In this document: piece by piece, positions 8,834 through 18,672 of the stretch
Layout of the letters: the number at the start of each line of letters is the position of its first letter
Numbering within the stretch: position 1 is the first letter of the stretch
Source: a virus
Taxonomy: Duplodnaviria; Caudoviricetes
Reading direction: 5' to 3' (one strand)
Length of the DNA: 64,000 nucleotides
Virus record (IMG/VR): IMGVR_UViG_3300037313_000659
Span: 5,085 to 69,084 of that record
Notes under the pieces: generated by a model
Told to the model about the DNA's origin: nothing
Seen by the model: only the letters and a program-made list of their open reading frames with translations
Database searches by the model: none
Position numbers and translations under genes: made by a program

Positions 8834-9144
8834 TTGGAGTTCGTGGTCGGCGGCAGCATCGCCGACTTCCTGACATCGCCGCGGCGAACGACACCGTTCT
8901 GCTCCTGACACGCGACACCCATCGCGGTGATCTTGCGGATGATGTCGAGCCCCTGCGCGGTCGCGTTCGGACCCCAGGTGTGGCTCAAGACGCGCTGCAG
9001 ATCGTCGGCGTAGGATCCGATGTAGAGCGCCCACTCGGCGACCGTGTGAACGCCGCCGGTCTCGCTGTCGCCGGACAGGCTGTCCTGGTAGTCACGTTCG
9101 CCGTCGATAACGGCATACACCTGCTCACGCGTAACTTTCGGCAT
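8830..9144 (-). CDS. Hypothetical protein, possible all-alpha pyrophosphohydrolase-like
   Basis: ERDYQD...HTVAEWALYI...KITAMGVACQE pattern; family call weak. Confidence 0.55.
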   Translation of the reverse strand: MPKVTREQVYAVIDGERDYQDSLSGDSETGGVHTVAEWALYIGSYADDLQRVLSHTWGPNATAQGLDIIRKITAMGVACQEQNGVVRRGDVRKSAMLPPTTNSK

Positions 9145-9146
9145 TC

Positions 9147-9437
9147 TCAATACTCCATGCTTTCGAGGGCTTTGCGCACCAGCGTCCAGATGGGCGCCGA
9201 CTTGCGAGGGTGGTTGGTGATCGAGCCGATGCGGTTCGGCTTCGCCTTCTTGACGAGAGCCCACGCCGGTCGGGGTTGCAGGTATCGAGCGAAGCGCTTC
9301 CAGACGCCTTTCGAGTAGGCGCGAGCGCGGTAGTCACCGCGCGTGTCGGTGCCGCCCACATTGTCGATCATGACGGTGCCCAGGTCGGTGACCTTGCCGT
9401 TGATCGCGCTCCACAGTTCCACCCGCACGACGATCAT
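9147..9437 (-). CDS. Hypothetical protein
   Basis: MIVVRVELWSA...; ATGA overlap with the MTase stop. Confidence 0.65.
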   Translation of the reverse strand: MIVVRVELWSAINGKVTDLGTVMIDNVGGTDTRGDYRARAYSKGVWKRFARYLQPRPAWALVKKAKPNRIGSITNHPRKSAPIWTLVRKALESMEY

Positions 9438-10069
9438 GCGGCTTCCTTGAGCCACAGAGGCTTCGCTTCGTCGGGGTGGATGTAGAGGATGTCGGGGCGC
9501 AGCTTCGGGTCGCGGCGAAAGTCCCAAACATACCAGGCGTAGGTGTGACGGGGGCTGCCCTTGCTGCCTTTGATCCAGCGAGGACGCTTGGTCACAATGA
9601 TCTTCTTGGCGAACGGGTAATCCCGAAACAGATCCATTCGCTCTTTGGCGCAGTCGTATTCGTTGCGCAGGAACATCGCGACGAGACCATCGTGAGGCTT
9701 CATCAGTTCGAGCGCGTGGCGGATGAATTGCTCCGCGAGCTCGCCATACGGCGGGTTGGTGATGATCGCCGGCTGACCGCTCTTGAGAATGGCGGCCGGC
9801 ACGACCGGACACTTGAGGAAGTCGATGTTCGGGGTGCCGAAGCCGCGGTTGAAGAGATCGGTCGAGATCACACCGCGAACGCCAAGCTGCTGCATGCGCT
9901 TCGACAGGTCACCCTCGCCGCAGGCGCACTCCCACACCCACAGGTTCTGAAAGAACTCCAGGAGCACGGCGAGGCAGTCGAGGTTCTCCGGCGGCGTCGG
10001 ATAGAAGTCGCCATCGACGCGCTCGAACTGCGGCTCGCCCAGCATGCAGGGGTCGGTCGGTCGCACCAT
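9434..10069 (-). CDS. Orphan amino-DNA methyltransferase (N6A/N4C type)
   Basis: DFYPTP, WECACGEG (SAM-binding) and ITNPPY (catalytic); TAATG-coupled start at 10069. Confidence 0.8.
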   Translation of the reverse strand: MVRPTDPCMLGEPQFERVDGDFYPTPPENLDCLAVLLEFFQNLWVWECACGEGDLSKRMQQLGVRGVISTDLFNRGFGTPNIDFLKCPVVPAAILKSGQPAIITNPPYGELAEQFIRHALELMKPHDGLVAMFLRNEYDCAKERMDLFRDYPFAKKIIVTKRPRWIKGSKGSPRHTYAWYVWDFRRDPKLRPDILYIHPDEAKPLWLKEAA

Positions 10070-10224
10070 TAGTAGTGGCGTTCCCAATCCTTCGTGCGAC
10101 CGCACCGACAGCATTCGGTGAAGCTGAAGGCGCCGGCCGGCGTCGTGCGCGAGTGGTAGTGATGGACGCAGAGCAAGTGCTGCCGCGTCCACCGAGTCAC
10201 TGCGATGATGGCGTCCCCGATCAC
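10069..10224 (-). CDS. Small Cys/His protein (51 aa, not in ORF track)
   Basis: MIGDAII...LCVHHY...CCRCG; coupled at both ends. Confidence 0.5.
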   Translation of the reverse strand: MIGDAIIAVTRWTRQHLLCVHHYHSRTTPAGAFSFTECCRCGRTKDWERHY

Positions 10225-10463
10225 TTACGCTTGCCGAGCGGGATGGTGATGGTGAGACCCGACGCCTTCTTCTCGTTGTAGAAGGCGCACACCTGACCGT
10301 CCTTGACGCACAGGCGCAGGTGGTCGGCGCCAGGGTCGGGGATGCGGTGGTAGTAAATCCGATCGATGATGATGTGATCGCGCGGATTGGGCGGGAAGAA
10401 CGGTGCTTCCGGCTGGGTCGGGGTTGCCGCGAGCGCCGCAGCTGCGAGAGCCAGGGCGAGCAT
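10221..10463 (-). CDS. Small secreted/membrane protein
   Basis: Hydrophobic Ala-rich N-terminus MLALALAAAALAA. Confidence 0.55.
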   Translation of the reverse strand: MLALALAAAALAATPTQPEAPFFPPNPRDHIIIDRIYYHRIPDPGADHLRLCVKDGQVCAFYNEKKASGLTITIPLGKRK

Positions 10464-10714
10464 CAGAACGTCGCCCCTTCCTGCAGCAGGATCTCGTTCG
10501 CCTTCTCGACGACAGCGCGAGCGTCCTCGTAGCGGGCGAAGGTGACGTTCGCTGCGGTGCGGAACTTCGACAGCACGAACGGGTCCGCGGGGCGGTCGTT
10601 CGCGTCGAAGATGTTCCGAGCAGCGCCGCTATACTCGCGGACCTTCCAGGGGCCGGTGCCAACCATGGTCACCTTCCCGATGCCTTTGATCTCGAACTGA
10701 ATTGGCTGGGTCAT
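10463..10714 (-). CDS. Hypothetical protein
   Basis: MTQPIQF start after GAGGG RBS. Confidence 0.6.
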   Translation of the reverse strand: MTQPIQFEIKGIGKVTMVGTGPWKVREYSGAARNIFDANDRPADPFVLSKFRTAANVTFARYEDARAVVEKANEILLQEGATF

Positions 10715-10771
10715 ATATCCCTCGATTGTTGAGTGCATGCGTTACAACACACACGCACCCCAGTCAAATGC

Positions 10772-12796
10772 TTATTGGCAGGACAGACATTCAGGTTCAT
10801 CGACGTAGACAGGACCGGCCGGAAGCGGGCACGCCTCAATCTGCGGAGCCGGCATTTCACCTGCAACGTGGCTCACCGCCATGGCTTTCGAGGCGGTGCG
10901 CGAGCGCAGGTAGTAGAGGCTCTTGAGTCCCTTCTCCCAGGCCAGCTTGTGGACCTCGTGCAGGTCTTTCTTGTGGACGGTCGACGGCAGGAAGATGTTC
11001 ACCGACTGCGCCTGGCAGACATACGGTGCGCGATCTGCATGGTGAATGACAACCCAACGCTGGTCCATCTCGAACGCAGTCCGATAGACACCCTTCTCCG
11101 CAGGGCAGAGGTAGGGCAGGTGCTGCACCGAGCCGTCATTGATGGTGATCGACTGCCACTGTTTCTCGACCCAGGCTTCCTCGTCGAGATCCATGTCAGC
11201 GAACATCGCCTGTTCCTTGAGCATGAACCGAACGGTCTTGTTCATGCGCTCCAGGCTCGATTGCAGCTGCTTGTAACGGCGCCGAAGCTGCGCATCGAGA
11301 TAGCGGTTGCGGACGTTGAAGCTGCCGGAGAGGGTCTTCTGATTGTAGCTGTTTGCCGGCTGCGGTTCGCCGCACGGTGATGCACCGCCGGCGATGATCG
11401 AGATCGAGGCGGTCGGCGCGATCGAGAAGACATGGGTCAGCCGATACAGGGGGAGGTTCGGCTTGAGCGCGTTGGCGTCGATGCTGTCGGGGCATGCGCC
11501 GCGCTCACCGGCCATGGCTCGGTTCTCAAGCTCCGCGACCTGGGCGAGCCACTGCCAGAGCTTCTCGTTTTCCTTCTGCGCAGCAACGCTCTCGTAGGGA
11601 ATATCCTTCGACTGCAGATAGGAGTGGAAGCCCATGATACCGAGACCGACGCTGCGTTCGCGCTCCGCTGCGTAGCGGGCACGCTCGAAGCCAGGGTAGC
11701 TCGCCGAGTTGTCGATGAACTGCTGGAGCACGTTGTCGAGGAAGCGCATGACATCGCCGATGAAGAGGCTGTTCTCGAACCACTGGTCCATGGTCTCCAT
11801 GTTCAGCGACGAGAGGCAGCATACGGCGGTGCGCCAGTTGTCCAGGTGATCGGGGCCGGTGTGGAGCGTGATCTCGCTGCACAGGTTCGACTGCTGGCAG
11901 AAGAGACCGAGTGCCCGATAAGTGTCGGGGATCGCCACGTTTACGTTGTCGGCGAACACGAGATACGGCTCGCCAGTTTCGAGGCGCGCGACGAGCATCT
12001 TAATCCACAGGTCGCGAGCGTTGACGGTCTTGATAACCTCGCCGGTCTTGGGGCTCACGAGCTCCCAATCGTGGTTGCCTTCCTGGTCGAGCACCTTCTC
12101 CATGAAGGCGTCCGAGATCATGATGCCGTGGTGAATGTTGTGGGCCTTGCGCCGCTGGTCACCGCCGGTTGGCCGGCGAATGTCGATGAACTCCTCGATT
12201 TCGGGGTGGGAGACATCGAGATAGACCGCCGCGGATCCTCGACGCAGCGAGCCCTGGCTGATCGCGAGCGTCTGCGCGTCCTGCCAGTGGATGAATGGAA
12301 CGATACCGCTGGTCTTGCCGGTCAGACTGCCGGCGATCGGCTCGTTGATCGAGCGCACCGGACTCCAGCAGGTGCCGATACCGCCGCCCTTCGCTGCGAG
12401 CCAGATATTCTCGGTGACCGCCTCCGCGATCGACTCCATGCTGTCGCCGACAAGGTTGAGGAAGCAGCTGATCGGGAGACCGCGCTTGACGCCGCTGTTC
12501 GTGAGGACAGGGGTCGCCGGCATGAACCACAGCTTGGAGATATAGTCGTAGAGGCGCTGCGCATGGCCGTTGCCATGGCCGAACAGGATCTCGTCGCTGT
12601 TCGCACAGGCGACACGAGCGAACATATCCTGGTAGCTCTCGCCTGGGAGCAGGTAACGGTCCTTGAGGGTCGCTTTACCGAACTCGGTCAGCAGTCCGTC
12701 GCGGCTGTCGTCGACGATGATGGTGATGGCGGTGTCTTGATATTTGTAGGCGCGTTCGGTCGCGCCCAGCGACGACAGCGAGTCGGCGTCGGACAT
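10772..12796 (-). CDS. nrdA: Ribonucleotide reductase class I alpha subunit (no ATP cone)
   Basis: ATPVLTN, PISCF, SNLCSEI, APTASIS, LKSLYY and C-terminal CLSC. Confidence 0.95.
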   Translation of the reverse strand: MSDADSLSSLGATERAYKYQDTAITIIVDDSRDGLLTEFGKATLKDRYLLPGESYQDMFARVACANSDEILFGHGNGHAQRLYDYISKLWFMPATPVLTNSGVKRGLPISCFLNLVGDSMESIAEAVTENIWLAAKGGGIGTCWSPVRSINEPIAGSLTGKTSGIVPFIHWQDAQTLAISQGSLRRGSAAVYLDVSHPEIEEFIDIRRPTGGDQRRKAHNIHHGIMISDAFMEKVLDQEGNHDWELVSPKTGEVIKTVNARDLWIKMLVARLETGEPYLVFADNVNVAIPDTYRALGLFCQQSNLCSEITLHTGPDHLDNWRTAVCCLSSLNMETMDQWFENSLFIGDVMRFLDNVLQQFIDNSASYPGFERARYAAERERSVGLGIMGFHSYLQSKDIPYESVAAQKENEKLWQWLAQVAELENRAMAGERGACPDSIDANALKPNLPLYRLTHVFSIAPTASISIIAGGASPCGEPQPANSYNQKTLSGSFNVRNRYLDAQLRRRYKQLQSSLERMNKTVRFMLKEQAMFADMDLDEEAWVEKQWQSITINDGSVQHLPYLCPAEKGVYRTAFEMDQRWVVIHHADRAPYVCQAQSVNIFLPSTVHKKDLHEVHKLAWEKGLKSLYYLRSRTASKAMAVSHVAGEMPAPQIEACPLPAGPVYVDEPECLSCQ

Positions 12797-12851
12797 TGAA
12801 ACTCTACTCCTAGTGATCTGTGTTCTGTTGGGGCGCTAAGTATAGCGCAGC

Positions 12852-12873
12852 GCATGTGTGTTGACTAGCATGC
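12852..12873. promoter_or_regulatory. 22-bp phage box overlapping a sigma70-like promoter for nrdA
   Basis: GCATGTGT-GTTGAC-TAGCATGC; on the minus strand TAGTCA-17 nt-TATACT. Confidence 0.7.
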
Positions 12874-12874
12874 A

Positions 12875-13480
12875 CTACGACGAAATGAGAGACTCCATCA
12901 TCGCAATGGCTTGCCGGAACTGTTCGGTCTTGAGGGCCGCGGCGACCGCTGCAACCGCGTCGGCGGGGTGCTCGGCCTTTTTGCTGATGAACCCTTTTCC
13001 GCCTTCGAGCTCCCACTCATTCTTCGCCTTGCTCGACGGCCAGTCGAACGCGTCGATGATCGGCAGCTGCGTTGCCCAGCGAACGATGTCCTCTTTGTCG
13101 GTGGTCGAGTTTCCGCCCACAGCGAGCTTCACTTCCCTTGGGCTGACCTCGATCAGCGGGAAGGGGAGAGACGCCAGGATGCCGATCGCAATGCCGAACG
13201 ACAGCGCGGCTCGCGCTGATTGAGCGCCGGAGGGAACCTCGCTCGCGCCAATCTTGATGTCAGCAGAGCGCGCGACGGTGCGCAGTTCATTGATGATCGA
13301 CCGCGCGCGGAACACATCGTCAGAGCTTCTACGAACGCTCTTAACCTTCGTGGGCGCGGTCTCGATCAGACCGACCGTTAGAATGCGCTCGATAGTGAAG
13401 CGCTTGGTGTCCACGGCGACGACTGCGTAGCCGGTATTGGTAAGGCTGGGGTCGATGCCCAGCAGATTGATCGTGCTCAC
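12875..13480 (-). CDS. ruvC: RuvC-like Holliday junction resolvase
   Basis: LGIDPSLTNTG, SE, KLAVGG...KEDI and HPADAVA motifs. Confidence 0.85.
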   Translation of the reverse strand: MSTINLLGIDPSLTNTGYAVVAVDTKRFTIERILTVGLIETAPTKVKSVRRSSDDVFRARSIINELRTVARSADIKIGASEVPSGAQSARAALSFGIAIGILASLPFPLIEVSPREVKLAVGGNSTTDKEDIVRWATQLPIIDAFDWPSSKAKNEWELEGGKGFISKKAEHPADAVAAVAAALKTEQFRQAIAMMESLISS

Positions 13481-13860
13481 TTGATGCCTATTGCCTTTCT
13501 AATGTCTCGCTGCGCCTTCGCGTAACCGTAGTCTCGGCCGCGCGCCCACATGGACAGCATCATGCCCAGGAACATCGCCGCGCTTTCAGGGTCGACTGTG
13601 CCTGGGAGGGTAGGGAAGTGGTAGTCGCGGAGCCACTCGAACGCGGGGTCTTCCTTGACCTTGCGCTCGTCGGCGTAGGCGACCTTGAGATAGGTATAGG
13701 GCGGCTCATCCTCGCCGAAGACCACCCGCGGGATGGAGCGCTTCAAGTCCCAGGTGAGACCGAGCGCCTTGAACTCACTGACCAGCAGACCGTTCGACCA
13801 TTCCTCGACGGGCTTGGTGATCTCGAAGTCCGAGGGGAGCTCACGGAACGGCTGTTTCAT
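13477..13860 (-). CDS. Hypothetical protein
   Basis: MKQPFREL start; coupled to neighbours. Confidence 0.6.
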   Translation of the reverse strand: MKQPFRELPSDFEITKPVEEWSNGLLVSEFKALGLTWDLKRSIPRVVFGEDEPPYTYLKVAYADERKVKEDPAFEWLRDYHFPTLPGTVDPESAAMFLGMMLSMWARGRDYGYAKAQRDIRKAIGIK

Positions 13861-14246
13861 TTGCGCGCCGCCAGCCAGCATTGCCACATCAGGTTGACGA
13901 TGTTGTGCCGGTAGACCCAGGCACCACCGTAGCCATGGAAGCCGGCAGCGGTGAACTGCGGGACAGCGTTGCGCGCCCACGCCTCGAACTCGCTCTGACA
14001 CCCATCCACAGCTGTTTTGGGAGCTCCGGCGGCGGGAGCCGATTCACGCTTTAGTGGCGGGAGGGCGCGAACGCGCGCCTTGATCTTCTCAAGTGCTGCG
14101 ACTGCATGCGGACGGCAGCGGATCGATCGCTTCGCTCCCCATTGGTCCATAGGCGCCTTGCCACCAGGGCAATCGACACAGTTGATGGTGTAGCCACCTG
14201 GCGCCCAGCCGAAAGCATGGAGCTCGCTGTCAGGAACCTCCGACAC
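13857..14246 (-). CDS. Hypothetical protein (CxxC)
   Basis: Coupled to neighbours; CVDC...CRPH. Confidence 0.55.
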   Translation of the reverse strand: MSEVPDSELHAFGWAPGGYTINCVDCPGGKAPMDQWGAKRSIRCRPHAVAALEKIKARVRALPPLKRESAPAAGAPKTAVDGCQSEFEAWARNAVPQFTAAGFHGYGGAWVYRHNIVNLMWQCWLAARK

Positions 14247-14824
14247 TAGAAGCTGCCGTAGCCAGGGATGTGTTCGAGCACATCGTCGTTCGCCTGGGAC
14301 TTCGCGAGCTCCTGGGCCTTCTTGAAGCCCTCGGTGATGATGCCGTGCATCTGCCCGTTCTTCTGAATGACCGACTTGATCTCCTTGTCCAGGTCGTCGA
14401 TGCGGAGCTTCACCTGGCGCACATCGAGGATCCGTTGCTCGATGTCGTTCGCGAGGCTGGGGAACACATCGCAGATGTCCGACCAGGACATTTCAACCGC
14501 CTCGATCTTTTCGAGCTCGCCGCGGCTGGACTTGCGCTGCATCGCGACCTTCGGCCGGAAGCGGAAGATCAGACCTTCGCGCTTACCGACGCGCATACCC
14601 TCGGTTTCGAGCCAGGTGTCTTCGGCCAGGTTGAACCGGCGGTAGCCTTTGCCCTCGACCTCACCAGCGACGAACAGCGGGATTTGCGTCTGCACAGGAC
14701 CGCGAGCGCCGACACGATGGTAGGCGTCCGCGAGCCACACCAGATGCTTGACCGATGCGGTCTTGGCGGCTGCTTCAATGTGTTCCGGCGCGGGAGGGCC
14801 GGAAGGCTTTTTCTTCGCTGCCAT
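14246..14824 (-). CDS. Hypothetical protein
   Basis: 192 aa; TAATG coupling. Confidence 0.65.
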   Translation of the reverse strand: MAAKKKPSGPPAPEHIEAAAKTASVKHLVWLADAYHRVGARGPVQTQIPLFVAGEVEGKGYRRFNLAEDTWLETEGMRVGKREGLIFRFRPKVAMQRKSSRGELEKIEAVEMSWSDICDVFPSLANDIEQRILDVRQVKLRIDDLDKEIKSVIQKNGQMHGIITEGFKKAQELAKSQANDDVLEHIPGYGSF

Positions 14825-15054
14825 TAGAGACCGCCGTCACACTGCCACTTGTCAGCAGTGGCGCTGGTCATAATCATGGTCTTGCCGCTGTCGCTGCGCA
14901 TTCCGACCCACCAGTTCCCGTAGGAGGAGCCAGCGTTGTGCGGGTCGGTGTGAAACCGCTCGCCAGTCGGCAGGAAAGTGCAGGTGGAAGGGTCGACAGT
15001 CTGGTTGCAGCCGACGAGAAAGAAGGCCGCGACGAACGCAATCACATACTTCAC
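14824..15054 (-). CDS. Small lipoprotein
   Basis: Signal peptide with lipobox LVGC. Confidence 0.6.
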   Translation of the reverse strand: MKYVIAFVAAFFLVGCNQTVDPSTCTFLPTGERFHTDPHNAGSSYGNWWVGMRSDSGKTMIMTSATADKWQCDGGL

Positions 15055-16989
15055 TTAGTTCTCCGTTACAGTTGCCCGCTGGTTGACCTTCGTCACGACG
15101 AAGGACCGCCTGCAGAAATCCTTGATGTCATTGTGCGAGATCACGAGGACCGTCCCACGGTCGCGCGCTTTCTCTTCGAGGACGCCCATGAGACGTTCGA
15201 GACCGGCGCTATCCAGCGCGTCGTCGATCTCGTCGCCGATCCACAGATCGATCGACTTGGCTGCTCGTGTTGCCACGAGATCCTGCAGCGCGAGCGCACA
15301 TGCCAGCCTGACCTTGCGCTTCTCGCCACCTGACAGGTTCTTGAAGCTGCCGCTTCCGACGCCGGTCTTCTCGACGGTGACCGCGAACTTCTCGCGGAGC
15401 TCACCGGCCTTGGTCTCGGAGAGCGTCGTCCAGTAGGCGTCGATCGCGCCGTCAGAGAGCGAGCCCAAGTAGTGGGCAGTGCGCTCATTGAGATACGGGG
15501 TGGCTTCGTCGAGGCGACGAGCACGAACGCCGGCGGGTGCGTAGACCTGCACGACTGCCTGTGCGTATTTCTCCTCCTCGATCGCACCGAGCGCGGTCTT
15601 CTTGGCTTCTTCGACTTGGGCCTCGCGCTGTTTGATCGCTTCGTTCGCCTGGTCGATCATCGGAAGGAACGGGTTCGACTCGTTCTGCGCAGCTTGCCAC
15701 TGCAGAGCCGCGGTCTTCGCCGACTGCTTGAGCCGCTCGACCTCGGTTTCCTGGCGCGCGAGGATCTGTCGCTCGCGGTTGAGGTTCTGGAGCTCCGTGG
15801 TGGCGCCGCTGATGTCCGTCATGGTGTCGCGGAACGACACGAGCTCGGCGTCTGCGTCGGCGAGCATCTTCTCGGCCGCTTCGAGCTTCACCCTGCGCTG
15901 CGCGACTTCCTCGGTCGCTGCGACAACCTTGTCGCCGGCCGCCTTATCGACGGCAGCCAGGTCTTCCTTGGTGATCTCCTTGCCGCACTCGCTGCAATCA
16001 GAACCGATGCGGCTGGCGACGGCCAGCGATGCAGCCTGGCACCGCGACAGCTCCTGCTCGGCGCGCTTGAGGTTCGCCTGTGCGGTCGCGAAGGTCGTGG
16101 TCGCCGTGTTGTAGACCGACTGCAGGCTGGCTTCCTTCTGACGCTCGCCGGCGACTGCGTTGATCTTCTGCTGGACCTCGGCGATGCGACCGTCGAGCTC
16201 CGTGTATCCGTTGCGATCGAACGCGGCGTCCGCGTCCTTGAACTCGCTGGTCTTGAGCAGGGTGTCCTGCTTGAGCGCCTCGATCTTGCGCTGCTGCGCT
16301 CCGACCCAGTTGCTCGCGTTAGCCTCGGCAGCGGTCAGAGAAGACATCGCGTCGGTCAGACGGTCATTCGCACGGTCGAACGCGATTTGTGCTTGTGCGC
16401 GCGTTTCAGACGCTTTGCGCGCGGTTTCGCGAGCAAGGTCATAAGCATTCGACAGCACATCGACGCCAGCTGCTTGCTCGACGAGGAGCTTCAACTGCTT
16501 GTCGGTCATGTTGGGAATGTCCGGCATGACCTCCTGACCGCTGTAGACCGCGGCGTTGAACACTTCCTCGCTGCAGCCCAGGAGCCGCTCGATCTGCTTC
16601 TGCGTGAGGGGCGTGGTGCCCTTCGTGAGATCGGCCCACTGACCGCCGTCGAGCTTGAACAGCTGGAGGCTGTTCTTGAGCTTGGGGTATTTGCGGTGGC
16701 GCACGACCATGTAGGTCTCGCCTTCATCCTCGACGGTGACCGCGACACGAGTGCCGCCCTTGGTCGCGAACCAGGAGACAACATCGTCGCCGGAGACGCC
16801 GCGCGCTGTGGATCCCCACAACACCCAGGCGAGCGCGTCGACGAGGGAGCTCTTGCCGGTGCCGTTGCTGTCGGCGCTGCTATCGTCCTGGTTGTCAGCG
16901 CTCACGCCGACGAGACCTTGCCCGTCGAGGCTGATCTTCGCCTCACTGATCGAGAGGAAGTTTTCGATTTCGAGGGTGAGGAACTTCAT
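15055..16989 (-). CDS. sbcC: SbcC/Rad50/gp46-like SMC ATPase
   Basis: NGTGKSS Walker A, coiled coil with CSECG zinc hook, LSGGE signature, DEIDDALD, ISH. Confidence 0.92.
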   Translation of the reverse strand: MKFLTLEIENFLSISEAKISLDGQGLVGVSADNQDDSSADSNGTGKSSLVDALAWVLWGSTARGVSGDDVVSWFATKGGTRVAVTVEDEGETYMVVRHRKYPKLKNSLQLFKLDGGQWADLTKGTTPLTQKQIERLLGCSEEVFNAAVYSGQEVMPDIPNMTDKQLKLLVEQAAGVDVLSNAYDLARETARKASETRAQAQIAFDRANDRLTDAMSSLTAAEANASNWVGAQQRKIEALKQDTLLKTSEFKDADAAFDRNGYTELDGRIAEVQQKINAVAGERQKEASLQSVYNTATTTFATAQANLKRAEQELSRCQAASLAVASRIGSDCSECGKEITKEDLAAVDKAAGDKVVAATEEVAQRRVKLEAAEKMLADADAELVSFRDTMTDISGATTELQNLNRERQILARQETEVERLKQSAKTAALQWQAAQNESNPFLPMIDQANEAIKQREAQVEEAKKTALGAIEEEKYAQAVVQVYAPAGVRARRLDEATPYLNERTAHYLGSLSDGAIDAYWTTLSETKAGELREKFAVTVEKTGVGSGSFKNLSGGEKRKVRLACALALQDLVATRAAKSIDLWIGDEIDDALDSAGLERLMGVLEEKARDRGTVLVISHNDIKDFCRRSFVVTKVNQRATVTEN

Positions 16990-18038
16990 TACTCGGCTCC
17001 CACGGTGCGCGCGGCGCGCAGGACATCGAGCGCGTCGTTCGCGATGCGCTTCTTCGAGAGACTCTTGTCCACATCGAGATCGTTGGCGACGAACTGCGCC
17101 ACCGAGACTTCGAGGGTCAGGTTCTGCGGTGCTGCCACGCCGCGAGTGTCGGGTCGCTTCTTCGTCGAGTGATCGACGATGCCAGCGGCGCCGGCCGCTT
17201 TCAGGTCAGCCTTGAACTTGTCGAGCTCGTCGGCTTCGACATCCTGCAGCCTGATGCGGCAGTAGTTGTTCCTGACGGCGGTGGTATCGACGATCGGCTG
17301 ATCGACGTTGACGAACTTGGGCGCCTGGCTCTCGTGGAACTCGTATCGGTCAGGGTAGACAATCAGGAAGCCGGCCGCCGTGTTGGGGTCGCTCCATGTC
17401 TGATGCGTCGTCGCACCGATTGAGATCGCACCGTCCATAGGCGCCGTGTGATTGTGGTAGTGGCCGGTGAACACGCGGCGGTAGCCCCACTTGCTGACCT
17501 CAACGGGGTCGAGGCCATGGTCGGGCAGTCCGCGGATGACGCCGTTCAGCGGCGCGTGGATGATTAGATCCGCGTTGGGGTTCTTGAGCTTCGCGGCTTC
17601 CTTGCGGAGCTCGTCGAGCGATTCAATCCAGGGAAGCATCACCGTGCCGTCCTCGCAGACGGTCGGCTTGGTAATGACCTCCACGCCTTCGATCAGGTCC
17701 AGCTGCTGCATGGCGTTGCCGAGCTCGTCGGCGTGCAGACCTTCAAGGTCGTGATTGCCAGGGATGATCTCGACATCGATCTCCAGCGCTTCGCAAATCC
17801 ACTTGAAGGTCGCGAACGTGGGGTTCAGCACCGAAGGGGCGATGTTGCCGCGAACGTGAAACAGGTCACCTGCGACCCGCAGCGTGGTGCCGCCGGCCTT
17901 CTTGAGCGTCTGCGCGGCTCGAATGAGTTCATCGAGGATGATGCGGAGGCGCGTGTTCACGCCGTCCGAGCCGATCTGCGAGAACTGCGACCAGTTGTGG
18001 CAGTGCAGATCGCTTACGAGAGCATAGGGAGCGCTCAT
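16989..18038 (-). CDS. sbcD: SbcD/Mre11/gp47-like nuclease
   Basis: SDLHCH, AGDLFH, PGNHD and TGHYH phosphoesterase motifs; adjacent to SbcC. Confidence 0.92.
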   Translation of the reverse strand: MSAPYALVSDLHCHNWSQFSQIGSDGVNTRLRIILDELIRAAQTLKKAGGTTLRVAGDLFHVRGNIAPSVLNPTFATFKWICEALEIDVEIIPGNHDLEGLHADELGNAMQQLDLIEGVEVITKPTVCEDGTVMLPWIESLDELRKEAAKLKNPNADLIIHAPLNGVIRGLPDHGLDPVEVSKWGYRRVFTGHYHNHTAPMDGAISIGATTHQTWSDPNTAAGFLIVYPDRYEFHESQAPKFVNVDQPIVDTTAVRNNYCRIRLQDVEADELDKFKADLKAAGAAGIVDHSTKKRPDTRGVAAPQNLTLEVSVAQFVANDLDVDKSLSKKRIANDALDVLRAARTVGAE

Positions 18039-18142
18039 GCTGCTACCAGTGCCGGCACCCAGCTGATTGCGGCGTAGACCGCCGACCCAATCACTGCTGT
18101 CGCTACCATGATAATCGCTGCTCCCATCGTCTCGTCGTTCAC
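18035..18142 (-). CDS. Small membrane peptide (35 aa)
   Basis: GTG after a purine-rich RBS; one hydrophobic helix; ATGA overlap. Confidence 0.45.
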   Translation of the reverse strand: MNDETMGAAIIMVATAVIGSAVYAAISWVPALVAA

Positions 18143-18171
18143 CTGTTTCCCCTGTGAATGTGTGTCACTAG

Positions 18172-18672
18172 CTATGCACTAGCTCGCTTCGGTTTCGCAT
18201 GCAAGGTGGGACCGAGATATTTTTGGTGGAACCGTGACAGGGGAACGATGCGCATGGCTCGACCCTTGTAGGATGTGCGGGTGCGGGAGAACGCATCGTC
18301 GAAGAAGTCCGACATCGGCGTCACGAAAACCGTGCGGAGATCCTCGATCACGACCATCACGACATTGGTGGCGTGTTTCTCGCGCACTCGCTGCAGTAGG
18401 AGTTTGTCGCAGCCAATGCCTGCGGTGCCCGCCTCGATCGCGTCTGCGATTGACCGCTCGCGACCGCGCCACACATCCTTGCCCTTCTGCTCAATGACAA
18501 GCAGGCGGGTGCCTTCGCTATTTTCGACGAGCTTTCCCTGAACGCGCGGGGCGACCTTGACCAAGCCCAATCGCTTCCATCCCTTGCTGATAGGTCTCAA
18601 GAGGCGCGCTGTGGACGCGGAGAAGGTAAACGGCGGTAAGGGTCGTGCCGGCGTGGATGATGTGTGGGCCAT
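18172..18672 (-). CDS. Hypothetical protein (true start probably downstream, ~18563)
   Basis: The C-terminal ~130 aa look like real protein; the 5' part overlaps the upstream gene. Confidence 0.6.
   Translation of the reverse strand: MAHTSSTPARPLPPFTFSASTARLLRPISKGWKRLGLVKVAPRVQGKLVENSEGTRLLVIEQKGKDVWRGRERSIADAIEAGTAGIGCDKLLLQRVREKHATNVVMVVIEDLRTVFVTPMSDFFDDAFSRTRTSYKGRAMRIVPLSRFHQKYLGPTLHAKPKRASA

Noticed and set aside
1536-10069. DNA hypermodification pathway
   Set aside because: No dUMP/dCMP hydroxymethylase, glycosyltransferase, aGPT-Pplase, PurZ or 7-deazaguanine genes recognised; ThyX implies normal thymine.
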